Shown here: in pieces, positions 36,848-49,323 of the stretch
Numbering within the stretch: position 1 is the stretch's first letter
How the letters are laid out: each line of letters starts with the position of its first letter
From: Tricharina praecox
Lineage: Eukaryota
Direction of reading: 5' to 3'
DNA length: 64,000 nt
Assembly (NCBI RefSeq): GCF_024521635.1
Contig: NW_026250420.1
Span: forward strand, 558,001-622,000
Translations under genes and position numbers: made by a program
The notes under the pieces: model-generated
Database searches by the model: none
What the model was told of the DNA's origin: nothing
The model's input: only the letters and a program-made list of their open reading frames with translations

Positions 36848-39800
36848 ATGGCGCTCCAAACGGGACGGCGGCTCGTGCTCTTGCGCGCGAGCTTCAACAA
36901 GGTGCTGGAAAACGCGTTGAAAGAGGTCACCAGAGGTACGTGTTCCATTTACGTCACTGCTTCCATGCCGCTTGGAGCTCGGCTGCTCACGTTTGTTTGC
37001 AGATAACCTTCCGAAACGAATCCTCAAATGTGTTTTGGCGACCACCATCACGGGTAATTATTCGCTGATCCGCTCGCCTTCTGTATGGACCGTGGCTGAT
37101 GCTTTCCAGTGGTGATCATGTTGCTGCCCAATATCAGCGGTATGCATTGGCCCTCCGTTCTTTATATTCCGATTCGGTGAAATAGGGTTTAACTCGGTTT
37201 TGTCTCACAATACACAGACGTCTACGGGAAGGCCGGCTATCTGGCCTGTATCACTTCAGTGTTTGTGTTTGTCCCAGCCCTATTTCTCCCCCTGTTATTT
37301 GAGGGACTAAGACACACCGCTAACGACGATGCTTCCCCGTGCGCCGACAGCTTCGGTATGTAGGCTCTCTCGACGGAACCAATGTATAGCGGTGCTCAGA
37401 TCCGTGTAGGACATCCCGGCCGGAGATTGGGCGGAATGGTGGAAGGTTTGCTCCTCTTGCGAGGCGAGAAGTGGCCGAACGCTGACGTTGTCTGCAGCAT
37501 TGATCATGGCATCTGTCGGCGCTAGTCTTGGCATCGGGTGGGCATCACTCGGAACATTCGTATCGGCTCTGGTATACGAGCGCAATCCTGACGCGGCAAT
37601 GGGGATCAAGGCTGTGTTCCTACTCATTGCCTCGTTCGTGCATGGCTACATTCGATTGTCCACGCCGAGACTTTTCCTAATGGTGCTGTTGATGATTTTG
37701 CCGGCGTTGATTGGATTGGTATAATACTCTCTGCTTTTATCGAGGTGTACTCGCTGTTGACCGTGTACCGGGGGATAGACTTCCGATTCGATTTATCTCA
37801 GCTCTATGTTTCCGGTGCAGTTCCTGTATCCGATACTCACGGCTGTCGCAGTCATGCTGCTGGTCAATGTTGCGGTATTTCCAGAATTTGGGAGTACACA
37901 GCTGTGTAAATCCCTATCCGGACTGAGACGAACGGACATGCACTGATTGTCCGCAGGCCTGACAACGATCGAGACGATCCACAAGACACAGAGCGTCCAA
38001 AAGGCGGCTGCCGAGCTCTTCATCGCCTTCTCCGTCGGCAAAGACCCTGACGAATGTGTCAGTAAGCTACGTGATCTCACCAAATCCAAAGCCGAGCTCC
38101 GCCAAAAAGTGACCGAGTGCAACGCCGTATACACGGAGTGTTCCTTCGAGCTGGCATACTCCGTCCTCGCACCCTGGGAGCTGAAGCCAATCTCCAGGAC
38201 GGGAATCAAGCACCTGGTACGGAAAACGCAGAGTCTTGTGGGGGCGTGCGAGAGCGCATTTGCTTTCTTGGGCATGGAGCCAGAGCCTGCCAGCGGGACC
38301 AAGACACCGCCGTTCAAAGCCCGAAGGGAGGAACATGGAGACGAGGAGCTGCTGAAACAGCTACTTAAGCGCGTGGAGGCGCCGTTAACGCAGCTGCAGA
38401 GTGCTACCAGTCGTGCGCTCGATATCGTGAGCGCATGCGTGGCTTTCGCATATGTCCGTTTCTCTTCCGTCCTCGTGGACTTGCTTTTCGGACTGCTGAC
38501 GGCAATTGCAGGATTCACCTAACATGCCCATCATTGGTACGGGCGCAAGCAGAGCTCGTATGCCGGATGGTATCCTCCTCCAGGAGATTGATATCCATAT
38601 CGACTGGCTGGCCGCGACGATCCACGAGTTCGGGGAGTCATCCAGTTCTGCACTCGAGTCCGCGGCGATTTCGGGCCCCCAGGAGGAAGATCCCAACGTC
38701 GACATCATGCCGAGAGAGGAGGTGTTTCTCATCAGCAGTTTTGTGATGAATCTACGGCATGGCGCAGCACACACGCTGGAAATGCTACGGCACGCACGCC
38801 ACCTCGTCGAAGAGCGCGCCGAACGCAAAGCTCGCAGATCACTGCACTTTCCGCGGATCAAACTGCGGAAATGGCTCTTCTCCGGCCAGGAAGAGGCTGG
38901 TACAACGCAGGCGTTCGACCGAGAGACGTTTGCACGTGAACTGGGTGACAGCTCGGAAGAAAACATCATCAGGGCCCACCAGAAAAGACGCTCGCGGGGC
39001 CGACGGGGCAGTTTTGCCGGATCGAGGCTCAGTTATGAGTGGCGCAGGTGCAGGAGGCTCCTTGGTAAGGTGCTCGACTGGGTCGCGAATTCGGACCCGT
39101 TCATCTATGCTTTCAAGTTCATGTTGGGTGTCATGCTGGTTGCGTGGCCAGCGTTCGTGCCCAGCTGGAATGAGTGGTATCTGCTGAATCGTGGAGGTAT
39201 GCATCTCCAAGCGATTGTCCAGCCTTTAGGCCATGCTAACCGTCACAGTTTGGGCACCGATGATCTTCGTTCTCGTTTTCGAGAACGCTGTAGGCTCCAC
39301 AATCTGGATCTTCTTCCAGCGAACGGTGGGCACAATCGTTGGGTCAACGTTGGGCTACGCAGCATACAAATCTCGGCACGGCAATGAATTCACAATCGCC
39401 GTGATACTCATGCTCGGATCGATTCCGAACTACTATATCCAACTTGGGACGAAATACCAAAAAGCCGGCATGGTCTGCACCATTTCCATGTGCGTAGTCG
39501 CACTGTCGACGCACTTGCAGACTGTTCCCGGCACGGTGGAGGAGAACTTCTACAAGCGGGTGATCACCATGATGATCGGAGGCACCGTGGCGACGCTCGT
39601 ACAGCTGGTATTATTCCCCGTCAAGGCTCGTGTCCACCTCAAGGGGTGTCTAGCGAGCGCGATAGTCCAGATAAACAAGATGGAGTCGTGTATTGCCTCC
39701 GGGGTTGACGACACCAGGAACGTCATCTCGTCCGCACACCTGTTTCGACGCTTCGAGCAAGCAGAGAAGAAAGCTACCGCCTCCCTTTCCGCCGCAGAGT

Positions 39801-40634
39801 CTTTCCTCGAGTCGACAAAGCAAGAGCCACGATTGAAAGGCAACTTTTCCCCGAGGGCAATAATTTACAAAGAAGTCCCTCCTCCCTCTGCGTCCCCCTA
39901 CTAGACATCACAACTAACCGGTCCAGATAATCTTCGTCCTCCGCCAAATCGTCGACAGAATGGAAAACATGGTTCAACTCCGACAAGCATACGGGTCCGC
40001 CGTGCTAGAACAATACAACAGCCGGGTATACAACTACCGGCGCAACGTCGCCGCCGCGATCACTCTAACGCTCTTTGTCGTGCACGAAGCGTTGACGACC
40101 AAGCTTCCACTCCCGCAATTCTTCCCCTCCGCACGCCTGGCGCACATGCGCATGGTCCTGCGGGTGCGCCAGATCCTGCTGGAGGATAACACCGCGCCGC
40201 CGTCGGAAGCGGGCGGCAACGCCATCGACGCGCGCATCGACCGCGCACTAACCCTACGCGTCAAGTTCCTATCGTGGAATGCCTCCTCCGCCGCGCTAGA
40301 AGAGTGCATCGAGTACCTCGAGGAGCTCGTAGACCTCACCAAAACACTCGTCGGCGCAAGTGAATTCCGCTCAGGCCTCCTCAACAGACCGAATTATAAA
40401 GAGTATGTGGACATGATCAAGTCCCGGAGGAATTTTACGGCGATCGTGGATGGTGAGCACCAGGCGGGCACGGATACTATAACGGTGGCCGCCGCGAGCG
40501 GGTACTCGGTCGGAAGGGTGTCGGAGCGTGCGCTGGAGGGAGTGCCGGACTCGCTGGCGAGGATACAGTCGAGACGCATGGAGGCGAGGCTTGAGAGACG
40601 GAGGACGAATCTTGGGAAGGCGGAGGAGGAGTAG
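36848..40634 (+). CDS. FUSC/aromatic-acid-exporter (ArAE)-like multi-pass membrane protein, 12 exons
   Basis: Exons 36848-36935, 37003-37053, 37110-37139, 37218-37260, 37351-37355, 37410-37445, 37498-37718, 37779-37905, 37957-38453, 38512-39196, 39249-39874, 39927-40634. Motifs VFGHPGRR, YAFKFMLGV..WPAF, W..FVLVFENAVGST..QRTVGTIVG, QEPRLKGNF, LPLPQFFPSARLAH. Confidence 0.85.
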
Positions 40635-40969
40635 GTACTTAGTTGCTTTTGCTTTTGCTTGGGAGTTCGGGTTGGTCACTGGTGATTGGGATGGGATATA
40701 GAAGCTTGTTTACAGTTTATTGGAGATATTGCGTAGATGGAATGGATCTGATTTTTGTTTTGTTTAATCATTGATTGTTTGTGGACTAGGTATCTAGAGG
40801 AGTGGATCAAGGTAACGCACGCACTCCGTTCCTTTGTCCACTACCCTACCCTCCGCCCTAGCCCTTTCCTCCAAAATACATGTAGAACGTAGCAAGAACA
40901 TAAAACTAGGAAAACATAAAGCCCACCCCTCACTCCGCCCCGTCCCCTGCTTCTCCGTCAGGAGCTTGT

Positions 40970-41205
40970 TAGTGTTCAACACAGTCCAGTCCGTCCGTCC
41001 TGGGCCTCAGACCGGACTAGGCTGTATCTTAGCAGTCTATTGAGTCTGTTAGGGAGTGGTGTTCGGACGGACTAGTCCAAAACTTTTTGAGGTCAGGACG
41101 GACTGCAGTCACCCTCGGTCCTCGAAATCCATGGACGGGACGAACTACTTTTAGGCAGTCCGTCCGGTCCGGACTGCAGTCCCGACCGAACTATGTCGAA
41201 CACCG
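40970..41205. mobile_element. Putative MITE / non-autonomous DNA transposon (hAT-like termini)
   Basis: 22-bp imperfect inverted termini (TAGTGTTCAACACAGTCCAGTC vs reverse complement CGGTGTTCGACATAGTTCGGTC, 16/22, all mismatches transitions); multiple internal GGACGGACT/AGTCCGTCC motifs; no coding capacity. Confidence 0.55.
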
Positions 41206-42872
41206 GAGTTGCCACGAAGGAACGAGTGGAGGGAACAATGGGTGGGAGACTCGTGCTCCTCGACCTCAGCGCCTGTCTTCCCGTCCCCTCAACTCCCACT
41301 TCGACATATTACCAACTGCGTCTTCCTTAGCAACCTTTAGTATTCGCATGTCGAAATTAGTAGTGACGATAGTTGAACTGGATAGGTGGAATGGATCTGC
41401 GTCGTTCCGTTGGATCGGGGAGTGATATCGCATCATAATCCCCCAAAAGCGATCGGAGCTTTATCGGTCCGAAAACCAGTCCACAAGAAGCTGGGCACAG
41501 GCCTCGCTAGGGAGTGCATCGTGAAGATATCATTAGGCTCCCGCCCCCCATTCCACGGTCATTGGTCAATGGTGATGTTGGTTGATAGTTAGCAGCACCC
41601 CCATCAGCGGTATCTGGCGTTTGAAACGCCTTCCACCTTCCACCACTCAAGACATGAGAGGCTCCGCACTGAATTCTTTGGTGGGAAGTCCGAAGAGAAT
41701 ACCGACTTCTGATTGTTGCGCCTGTGAGAGGTAAACTGCATCATCCAGACCCGCATTCAAGCTCCAGTTAGTTGTAAGGTTGTCCCTCGGCCTGTGTTGG
41801 TTGTATGGCGAAGGTGGTGTCCTATGTCCGTATAGGTATAAAAGCTTGAATCTAAAAGACGAGGTCGAGGTGGTGAAGATGCTTAAAGAAACCACGCAGG
41901 AATTGCCGGTTTCTTCGGTGTTCTTAATTAATACCTTTCTACTGCTTAAGTTTGCCCGTGGGAAAACAGAGTAAAGTAGAGTACATGACACCGAAACCGG
42001 AACATCTGATATTGTTGATGCTGATAATGTTGATCGTGGAATAAGTTGTAACAGAAGGGGAAGGATTTCGAAAGGCCAACTGTTACGTTGCGCTGCTGCC
42101 CCCAGAGTGTTTGTTTCCGCTATAACCGTTCAGTTCCCCGAAAGAATCCCGCAAGACCCAGGCGAGCAACCGTATTAGATAGAAGCCGTAGTTGGTTGGG
42201 AGAATCTCCACGCCCGTCCATCCCATCACCTTGAACCTGTCTAAAAGCCTGAAAGGGGAGTTTCGACTCCCTCCTCAAGCGAGCGAGACGCCCCCCCCAT
42301 GCTGTCCTGTGGCTACTAGAAATACATGAACTCACTCACACCAAAACGGTCCAACACTTGATCTACCCTCTGCCATGTAGTCAATCAATAGTAACACCCA
42401 GCGGTACCGTGTCAACCGCATCGCCCTAACCGATCCCCGCTTATTCTGCTCGGTATGACATCTGCAATAAGCCAAACAAAGCGACAGAGAAAGAACAAAA
42501 AAAAAAGACATGCCATAGCCGTGCGTGAATTATTCCGTCTGTTTTCCCACCCACCCACTCGGCCCTCCCTGAAACCAAGGTAGACACGGCAAGGTATGGT
42601 AAGGCTACAAGCGGATAAATCAATAACAAAATAGTATCAGTTTCTCCCTTCCTCCCCTCCTTTCCTTCACAGCTCCAGACAAAAACGGATCCCAATCGGA
42701 AATAGACAAACAAACGAAGACGCAAACACAACCCAGATCCTAAACGGAATAGAAAAAGGAAACATGTAGTATTACAAGAAAAAAATGAAATAGTCCCAAT
42801 TCCTGTCTCCCCATGCTTTCTCCCAATTTTTGGCTGTCTCTGGTGGGTGGGTGCATATCAACGAGCGACTTA

Positions 42873-45512
42873 CTACTGTGGCTGTTGCTGTTGTCCCTGC
42901 TTCAAAAGAGCCAGTGTCTGCTGCAACGCGCGGAAAGCATCTTCACTGGATGCCTGCTGGGGCTGGTAACTCGGCTGCTGCTGAATGAAGCCTTGCATCC
43001 AAGCTGGGACCTGAGCCGGCTGTTGCTGCTGCTGTTGCTGCTGCGGAACAGGCGCACCCTGGGGGTTACCAAAGAAAGAGGGGTTGACGTGCGCTCCGGC
43101 GTGCTGCTGCGGAGGCGGAGGGGGAATCGGGGGCATTCCGGGGAACTGGAAACCCATGGGAAACTGAGGGAATCCGGGGAAAACCGGCTGCTGCCATCCA
43201 CCTTGAATACCTGGAGACTGTGGCTGAGGGCCAGCAAATCCGGTAAACTGTGGCATAGCCTGAGGAAGCGGAGGAGGAGGGTATCCTTGCTGCAACGACT
43301 GGTCTTGCTGCTGCTGTTTCGGCTGCTGCTGACCTTGACGATCCCGCTGCTTGTGGTAATAGTCGTCCGTACGGTCATCGCGATGCGGTCCCTTGAACTG
43401 ATCCCGGTGCGCGCGAGGGCTGCGGTTCCTGGAGTCGTCGCGGTTACCTTGGTCGCGATCACGATCGTCGCGGTCACGGTTCCGTCCGCCTTGATCGCGG
43501 CCGCCTCGTCCGCCTCTGCCGCCTTCATGTCCACGATCATATCCTCCCCTAGCCCTGTCGCCCCTGTCGCCCCTATCGACGCCCCTATCACCACCACCTC
43601 TATTTTCATTTCGGTCGCCCCTGTCACCTCCTGGGCCGCGATCGTAGCCTCGTCCACGGCCGCTCCGGTCGTTGCCACCGCGTCCTCGTCCCTCATTCCC
43701 ACGTCCACGGCCGCCGCGACCACGGTCATTACCACGACCTCGGAACCCTCCCCGATCTCCCCGATCTCCCTTACCGCTGCGTCCTCTACCACGCAGGGAG
43801 CTCGGGAGAGGAGGCGGAGGCTGGGATGCCATCTCGTGAAGGTTTGCTGGACGCTGAAGGGGAACGTAGGGTTCATCGTAGTTCAGTGTCGCAGGTCCAA
43901 CAGGCGCAGGAGGCTCCTGGGGAACCCAAGGCTTCTTATTTCCCTTGAAGTTCTTATTCCGGTCGTTCTTGTCGGCGTTCTTGTCGCCGTTCGTCGACTT
44001 GCGTTCTTCCTTCTTGCGCCTCTTGTACAGAGCCTCTGCCTCGTCGTCCGAAAACTCCTGCTCGGATTCTGCAGGCTCTTCGTCGTAAAGGTTAGACGCA
44101 TCAGTGCCTTTCTGTGCCAACAGGGGTTTCGTGAACACGTATGTCGAGTGATCGGGTACGTAAAACACCTTCCCTCCCTCCGCTACCTTGAGATCCTTGA
44201 CCTCTCCCGCGCTGTTGAAGCGAACAGTGTATAGCGGCTCCTCGACACGTCCGAGCGTATCAGCGACAATGCCAACGACGGACCTGTCCTCGAGAACAAG
44301 AAGGGACCCTTCACTAAGAACCTGGTATTCCCCGGAGGTGATGGCTTTGATGAGGACCATGTTGTCGATTATAGTCTCCACTTTTCCAAGTTCCTCGATC
44401 TTCATTTCCGGTGTCACGATGATATTGGGTCTCTCGATCTTTTCCTCGTCTTCGGGCACCTCGTTCTTAGTGCGCAGAGGACCGGCTCCTGTAGAAGGAC
44501 CATCTTCATTGAAGTCTTCCTGCATGAGAACTTTCGCGATGTCTTCGGGTTTCATACCGGCATAGCCTTCCTCCTCAGAGTCGTCTTCCGAGTCGTCATC
44601 GGAATCGCTCGAATCGGAAGAGGACTCTGCGTCCGAAGTATCGTATTGCCATTCTGCATTCTTGTCGCCTTTCTGCGCAGCGGCAAGGGCAAGGAATTCA
44701 GGATCAGGTGGCGGTTTCGAAGTTTTCTCGGCAGGATCTTTGAATAATGAACTGAGCAGGCTAGCCGCCGTGTCTTGCGCATTGCCGGCAACATCAGCAA
44801 CGGCGTCACCCTCGCCACTCGATTTTGTCTCGACTTGCTTCTCGCCCTCCAACCGAGGACCCTCAGCATCATCCTCTTTTTTGACGACTGGGATGTCGGA
44901 ATTGTCATTCGTCTCAAGGACCTCACCCTCCTCCTTGTCGTCTTCTTCACCGCCCACCTCCTCTCGCGCGACTGCTTCCCTCGCGTCGCTGCAGTCTGCC
45001 ATGACGACATCATCGCTGGCAGGGGCTGCCTCTAGCTCGGCGGGTTTTGAGGATGGCGTTACAGTTGTCTCTGTCTGTAGCGATGGTGCACTATCGACTG
45101 TGTTCTGGATGTCATCATGAGTAGTATCATGTGCAGCAACGTGTTCCACCGCCAGCTGTCGCGATACCTCGTCATCCTCCTTCGAGTCCGACACGCTGCC
45201 GTCACCGCCAAGGTCACCACCAACATTGACACTCTGGTCCATCATCAATAATCCGGGAATGCCACCACCACCTGGCGCATCACCAGCGCGGTCGCCAGTC
45301 TGGGGCGAATCATCGCAGACGACGCCGTTCGCGATTGTCACGGCCTGGCGCGGAGCATCGTCGCCGTAGAAATCAGAATCGGCATCGTCACCATCCTGCT
45401 CAAGAACACCGACGATGGGCGAGTGGGCGATGGACATGGCCATATCACCGAGATCGAGGCGAGCACGTTTAGCGAGCGGCTCCAAGTCCGGAGCGGCGGG
45501 GTCGTGATCCAT
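42873..45512 (-). CDS. NAF1: H/ACA RNP assembly factor Naf1 (Gar1-like domain)
   Basis: Apparently intronless. LRTKNE, LGKVETIIDNMVLIKA..GEYQVLSEGSLL..DTLGRVEEPLYTVRF, KGTDASNLYDEE..EFSDDEAE; RGG-rich and Gln/Pro-rich tail. First ATG is 45512. Confidence 0.92.
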   Translation of the reverse strand: MDHDPAAPDLEPLAKRARLDLGDMAMSIAHSPIVGVLEQDGDDADSDFYGDDAPRQAVTIANGVVCDDSPQTGDRAGDAPGGGGIPGLLMMDQSVNVGGDLGGDGSVSDSKEDDEVSRQLAVEHVAAHDTTHDDIQNTVDSAPSLQTETTVTPSSKPAELEAAPASDDVVMADCSDAREAVAREEVGGEEDDKEEGEVLETNDNSDIPVVKKEDDAEGPRLEGEKQVETKSSGEGDAVADVAGNAQDTAASLLSSLFKDPAEKTSKPPPDPEFLALAAAQKGDKNAEWQYDTSDAESSSDSSDSDDDSEDDSEEEGYAGMKPEDIAKVLMQEDFNEDGPSTGAGPLRTKNEVPEDEEKIERPNIIVTPEMKIEELGKVETIIDNMVLIKAITSGEYQVLSEGSLLVLEDRSVVGIVADTLGRVEEPLYTVRFNSAGEVKDLKVAEGGKVFYVPDHSTYVFTKPLLAQKGTDASNLYDEEPAESEQEFSDDEAEALYKRRKKEERKSTNGDKNADKNDRNKNFKGNKKPWVPQEPPAPVGPATLNYDEPYVPLQRPANLHEMASQPPPPLPSSLRGRGRSGKGDRGDRGGFRGRGNDRGRGGRGRGNEGRGRGGNDRSGRGRGYDRGPGGDRGDRNENRGGGDRGVDRGDRGDRARGGYDRGHEGGRGGRGGRDQGGRNRDRDDRDRDQGNRDDSRNRSPRAHRDQFKGPHRDDRTDDYYHKQRDRQGQQQPKQQQQDQSLQQGYPPPPLPQAMPQFTGFAGPQPQSPGIQGGWQQPVFPGFPQFPMGFQFPGMPPIPPPPPQQHAGAHVNPSFFGNPQGAPVPQQQQQQQQPAQVPAWMQGFIQQQPSYQPQQASSEDAFRALQQTLALLKQGQQQQPQ

Positions 45513-46740
45513 CACAGCTTCAGGAAGCAAATGCGACGCGATGGGTATTAGGGGCTGTTGATAAAGTTGGTTGAGTTCGGCGGTGTGAATTATTTCGCGG
45601 TGGATGAGTGGTGGTGGCAGGTGTGGTGGTGGTGAAGGTGGGAGCTGGGGGGTTGAAATTTTATGTGGATCCGGGTTGGTGCTGGGATGAAGCGATCCTC
45701 TGCTGTTTTGTGGTGGCTGCAGTTGCGAGGAGCTATGACGCTAACGTAGCGGACCTTCTAGGGTTCTACTACGTCGAAGCCACACACACAAGCGTATCCC
45801 TTCTAATATTGCCACACCACATTCAAGCGATCCATCGGTGTGGAGCTCCATCCTCACCGGTGCCACGACAACCACATGATCCTTCCAGAGAGCAGTAATC
45901 GACTCTGCCATGACTTGTCGATTGACTTGTCTTCGCCGTTGATTTCAAGCGGAGACCATCAGGCATCTTGCAGAGGACCCGAGAGAAGGAGAGAGAAAGT
46001 TCAAGTACTCGGGAAGGTATCTGCAACCCAAAGGCAAATTATCTCTGTTGTGTTTGATTATGTTTGTCTGGTCAATGATGCATACCGCTGTGGCTTGTAT
46101 GTGGTCCCAGGGACTCCGAACTCAGAAGATTAAAGGTGAGACCCGGCGAAGATTTGTAGACCTCAAGATGTCCAATTCGTGAAAACCGACACTGGCCTCT
46201 GTATAGTAGTAATCTTCGAGAAGTTTATTGAAAACTCTCCATCTCCTCGGTTTCGGCTAGTCACTCGAAGTGAAAACTGGGCTTCGAGACTGGCTATTGG
46301 TTAAATCTCCGACGTGGCTTTTGTATTGCCGTTTACGGACACATCATGGTTTTTTTTAGACGACTATAGGAAGTAGAGCACACTACATATCATCCCGGAA
46401 TCCTCAGAGGACATGTGTCAGTACAGCGGAAACATAGCTATACTGGCAGCTGCATCCGACGAGCCCATCATTTTCCTCGTCCGTCTTGTCTGTCTGTCTG
46501 GCCAACAGCAGTCTGGCGGCTTTGCGACAGTGCCGGTTCCGTTCCCGCTCCCGTCCCTATGCTGTCATCCCTTCTCGAAACGATTGACTCCTGTCAACTC
46601 ACACTCTAGCTGCCCAACACCACTACTTATACTACTAGTATAAACTACACGTACTTATTGACTTGGCCACGCTCTTCCTCGTGCACTCACTCGTCGAACG
46701 CCCCCCCCGCGACCCCTACCTCCTACCCCGCGTAGCAGTC

Positions 46741-48933
46741 ATGGCACCTCGACCTCGACCCAAACTGAAGAGTGACAACCCCGCCACCGCCGCCTCAGTC
46801 ACCGAGGAGATTTCCGTGTCGGACAAGAATGTGGACGGCGACGTGTATGTAGACTTTCTTCGTGGTTCTCGGCGGCGACGTGTATGTGTGCGGCGTTGGA
46901 ACAAATTCTTTAGCTCACACGTGTATTGTTGTGCCCCTGTTTAGGTTCCGGAGGTCTCATCCCATCGTGTCGGCCACCACCGCGTTTTCTGCACTCCTCC
47001 TCGTCCGATCGCTTTCTGCTGTCTACGCGACAATCCCCGACTGCGATGAAGGTGCGGAAGCCAGTTGTCATATGCCCAAGCGGCGGCGGTGATTGACGGG
47101 TGTTCTGTTGTAGTCTTCAATTACTGGGAGCCCACGCACTATCTCGCGCATGGCTACGGCCTGCAGACGTGGGAGTACTCGCCCGTCTATGCCATCCGCA
47201 GCTGGGCCTATGTCGGCCTACACGCCGTGCTGAGTCGTTTCTTCTCCGAGATTCCAAATCTCAGCAAGGTACGGAAACTCGGCGATCCGGGGGTCGTAAC
47301 GAGAGACAGCGATTGACTGGGACTCTGTTGGCGCGCAAAGATTCACGAATTCTACGGTCTACGATGTCTGTTCGCCGTCTTCTGTGCACTCTGTGAGACG
47401 AGGCTGTATTCCGCCGTCTCGACGAACATCAATCGCCGCGTCGGAATGCTCTATCTCATCACGACTGTCGCCAGCGCCGGTATGTTCCACGCCGCCGCTA
47501 CGTTTCTACCGTCGACTTTCGCTATGTACACCTCCATGCTCGGGACCGCGGCGTTCATTAACCGTCGCCGAGGCTTCCGGACCGCTGAAGGAGTGTTTTG
47601 GTTTGCGCTGGGCGGATTGCTGGGCTGGCCTTTCAGCATGGCTATGTGCATTCCCCACGTTGCGGAGGAGCTGTTCATGGCCACCATATCATGGGGAGCC
47701 GTGCCGACGATCAAACGACTCGTCAAGGGCGGTATTGTGTCGATTTTGTTGCTGGTAGGCTACCGTCGGGATATCGTCTCACAACGGAACGGACCACAGG
47801 CTCACGGTTTTTTGTAGGCTGGGATTATCGGAGTTGATTATTACGCCTATCAGAAACTGGAGATCGTTCCGCTGAACATTGTGCTTTACAATGTCTTTAG
47901 CGGGCCAGGAAGGGGCCCGGATATTTATGGCACCGAGCCGTGGTGGTTTTATCTGGCGAATCTGACGCTCAACTTCAATATATTGCTACCTCTGGCGTTG
48001 ATCAGTGCACCTTGCCTGGTAAGAAGCCCTCTAGTATACCGCAGCTGGTCGAATGCTAACATATCCCAAAGATCTTGTACTATATTGTCTGCCGCACCAC
48101 TCTACCTCTAGGCTTCACACCGCGCATGATTTCCCTCTCGGCCCCCTTCTACCTCTGGTTTGCAATCTTCACCGCCCAGCCGCACAAAGAAGAGCGGTTT
48201 ATGTATGTAGCATATCCGGCGCTCTGTCTCAACGCAGCAATGACCTACCACGTTCTCATCAACGTCTGGAGCACCGTCTCAAGCCGCCTAACCAGCCGGG
48301 GCAAATCGCAAGACCTCCTAAACTGGCTAGTTCTCGCGCTGCCACTCGCAGTCGCCGCGTTAGCCTCCCTCTCCCGCGTGCTGGCCGTCGTCAGCGCATA
48401 CTCCGCGCCGCTCGAGGTGTACTCCGGACTACCGGCGAATGCCACAGGCAATCTGTGCATCGGAAAGGAGTGGTATCGGTTCCCGTCGTCGTACTTTTTG
48501 CCCGATGGAGTGAGGGTCAAGTTCGTCAAGAGCGCCTTTGATGGGCTACTACCGGGGGAGTTCCCCGAGAGTAAGGATTGGTCCCGTCCCGGGACCTGGA
48601 TGATCCCAAAGGGCATGAATGATGAGAATAAAGGTGACCCTTCGAAATATGTATGTGGAGCCTCACTCCCCGCCCGTCACCCTTGCTGATGAGGTTTAGA
48701 TCAACTTCGACCAATGCGATTACTTCGTCGAATCCTTCTTCAACCGTCACGGTGGGAAAGATGTCGAACAAGACCACCAGGTCGACATGAATCAATGGGA
48801 GGAATCGGTTTGTAAAGACTTCCTCGACGCCGCCGCGACGCCGAGCTTGGGGCGTATCCTGTGGGTGCCTCGGTGGATCCCGAGCTTCCGCGGCTGGGGC
48901 AAATACTGTCTCCTCACGAAGAAGCGCGGGTGA
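46741..48933 (+). CDS. ALG9: Dol-P-Man alpha-1,2-mannosyltransferase (GT22)
   Basis: Multi-exon. IPDCDEVFNYWEPTHYL..GLQTWEYSPVYAIRSW, FLPSTFAMY, GPDIYGTEPW, QPHKEERF, CIGKEWYRFPSSYFLP, GMNDEN; ends KKRG* (KKxx ER-retrieval type). Confidence 0.96.
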
Positions 48934-49323
48934 TCTTTGGGCGGGGAGACGGGGACTTTCTTGTTTGTACATTATATATGGGAGCCAGCTTTCTGCACTA
49001 GGATAGTTTTGCTACTTGTGGTTAACTGCATCTTCCCGTCGTGTGATGCATCATGCTCATGCACGGCGCGCGTATCATCGATAAGCTATCTAATATAATT
49101 CACCCGGCCCCGCGGTCATCGATAGTATGTGGTTCCGGGCGAGAAGGTCAATCGTGTACAGTGCAGCTACCAGCGCGGTGTCTTAGAAAAGTGCCCGATG
49201 GAATGGTTATGCTTCACTTATACATACCTACCCATACCGGGTGCTGTTCTATAGAAAGGATGAGGGGCCGCTTTTCTACTTCCTTTCTTTTATTTACTTG
49301 TCCAGCTGCGGTTGAGTCGAAAC

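Noticed and set aside
42813..44234. 473-aa and 324-aa ORFs overlapping NAF1
   Set aside because: Antisense or off-frame shadows of low-complexity coding sequence.
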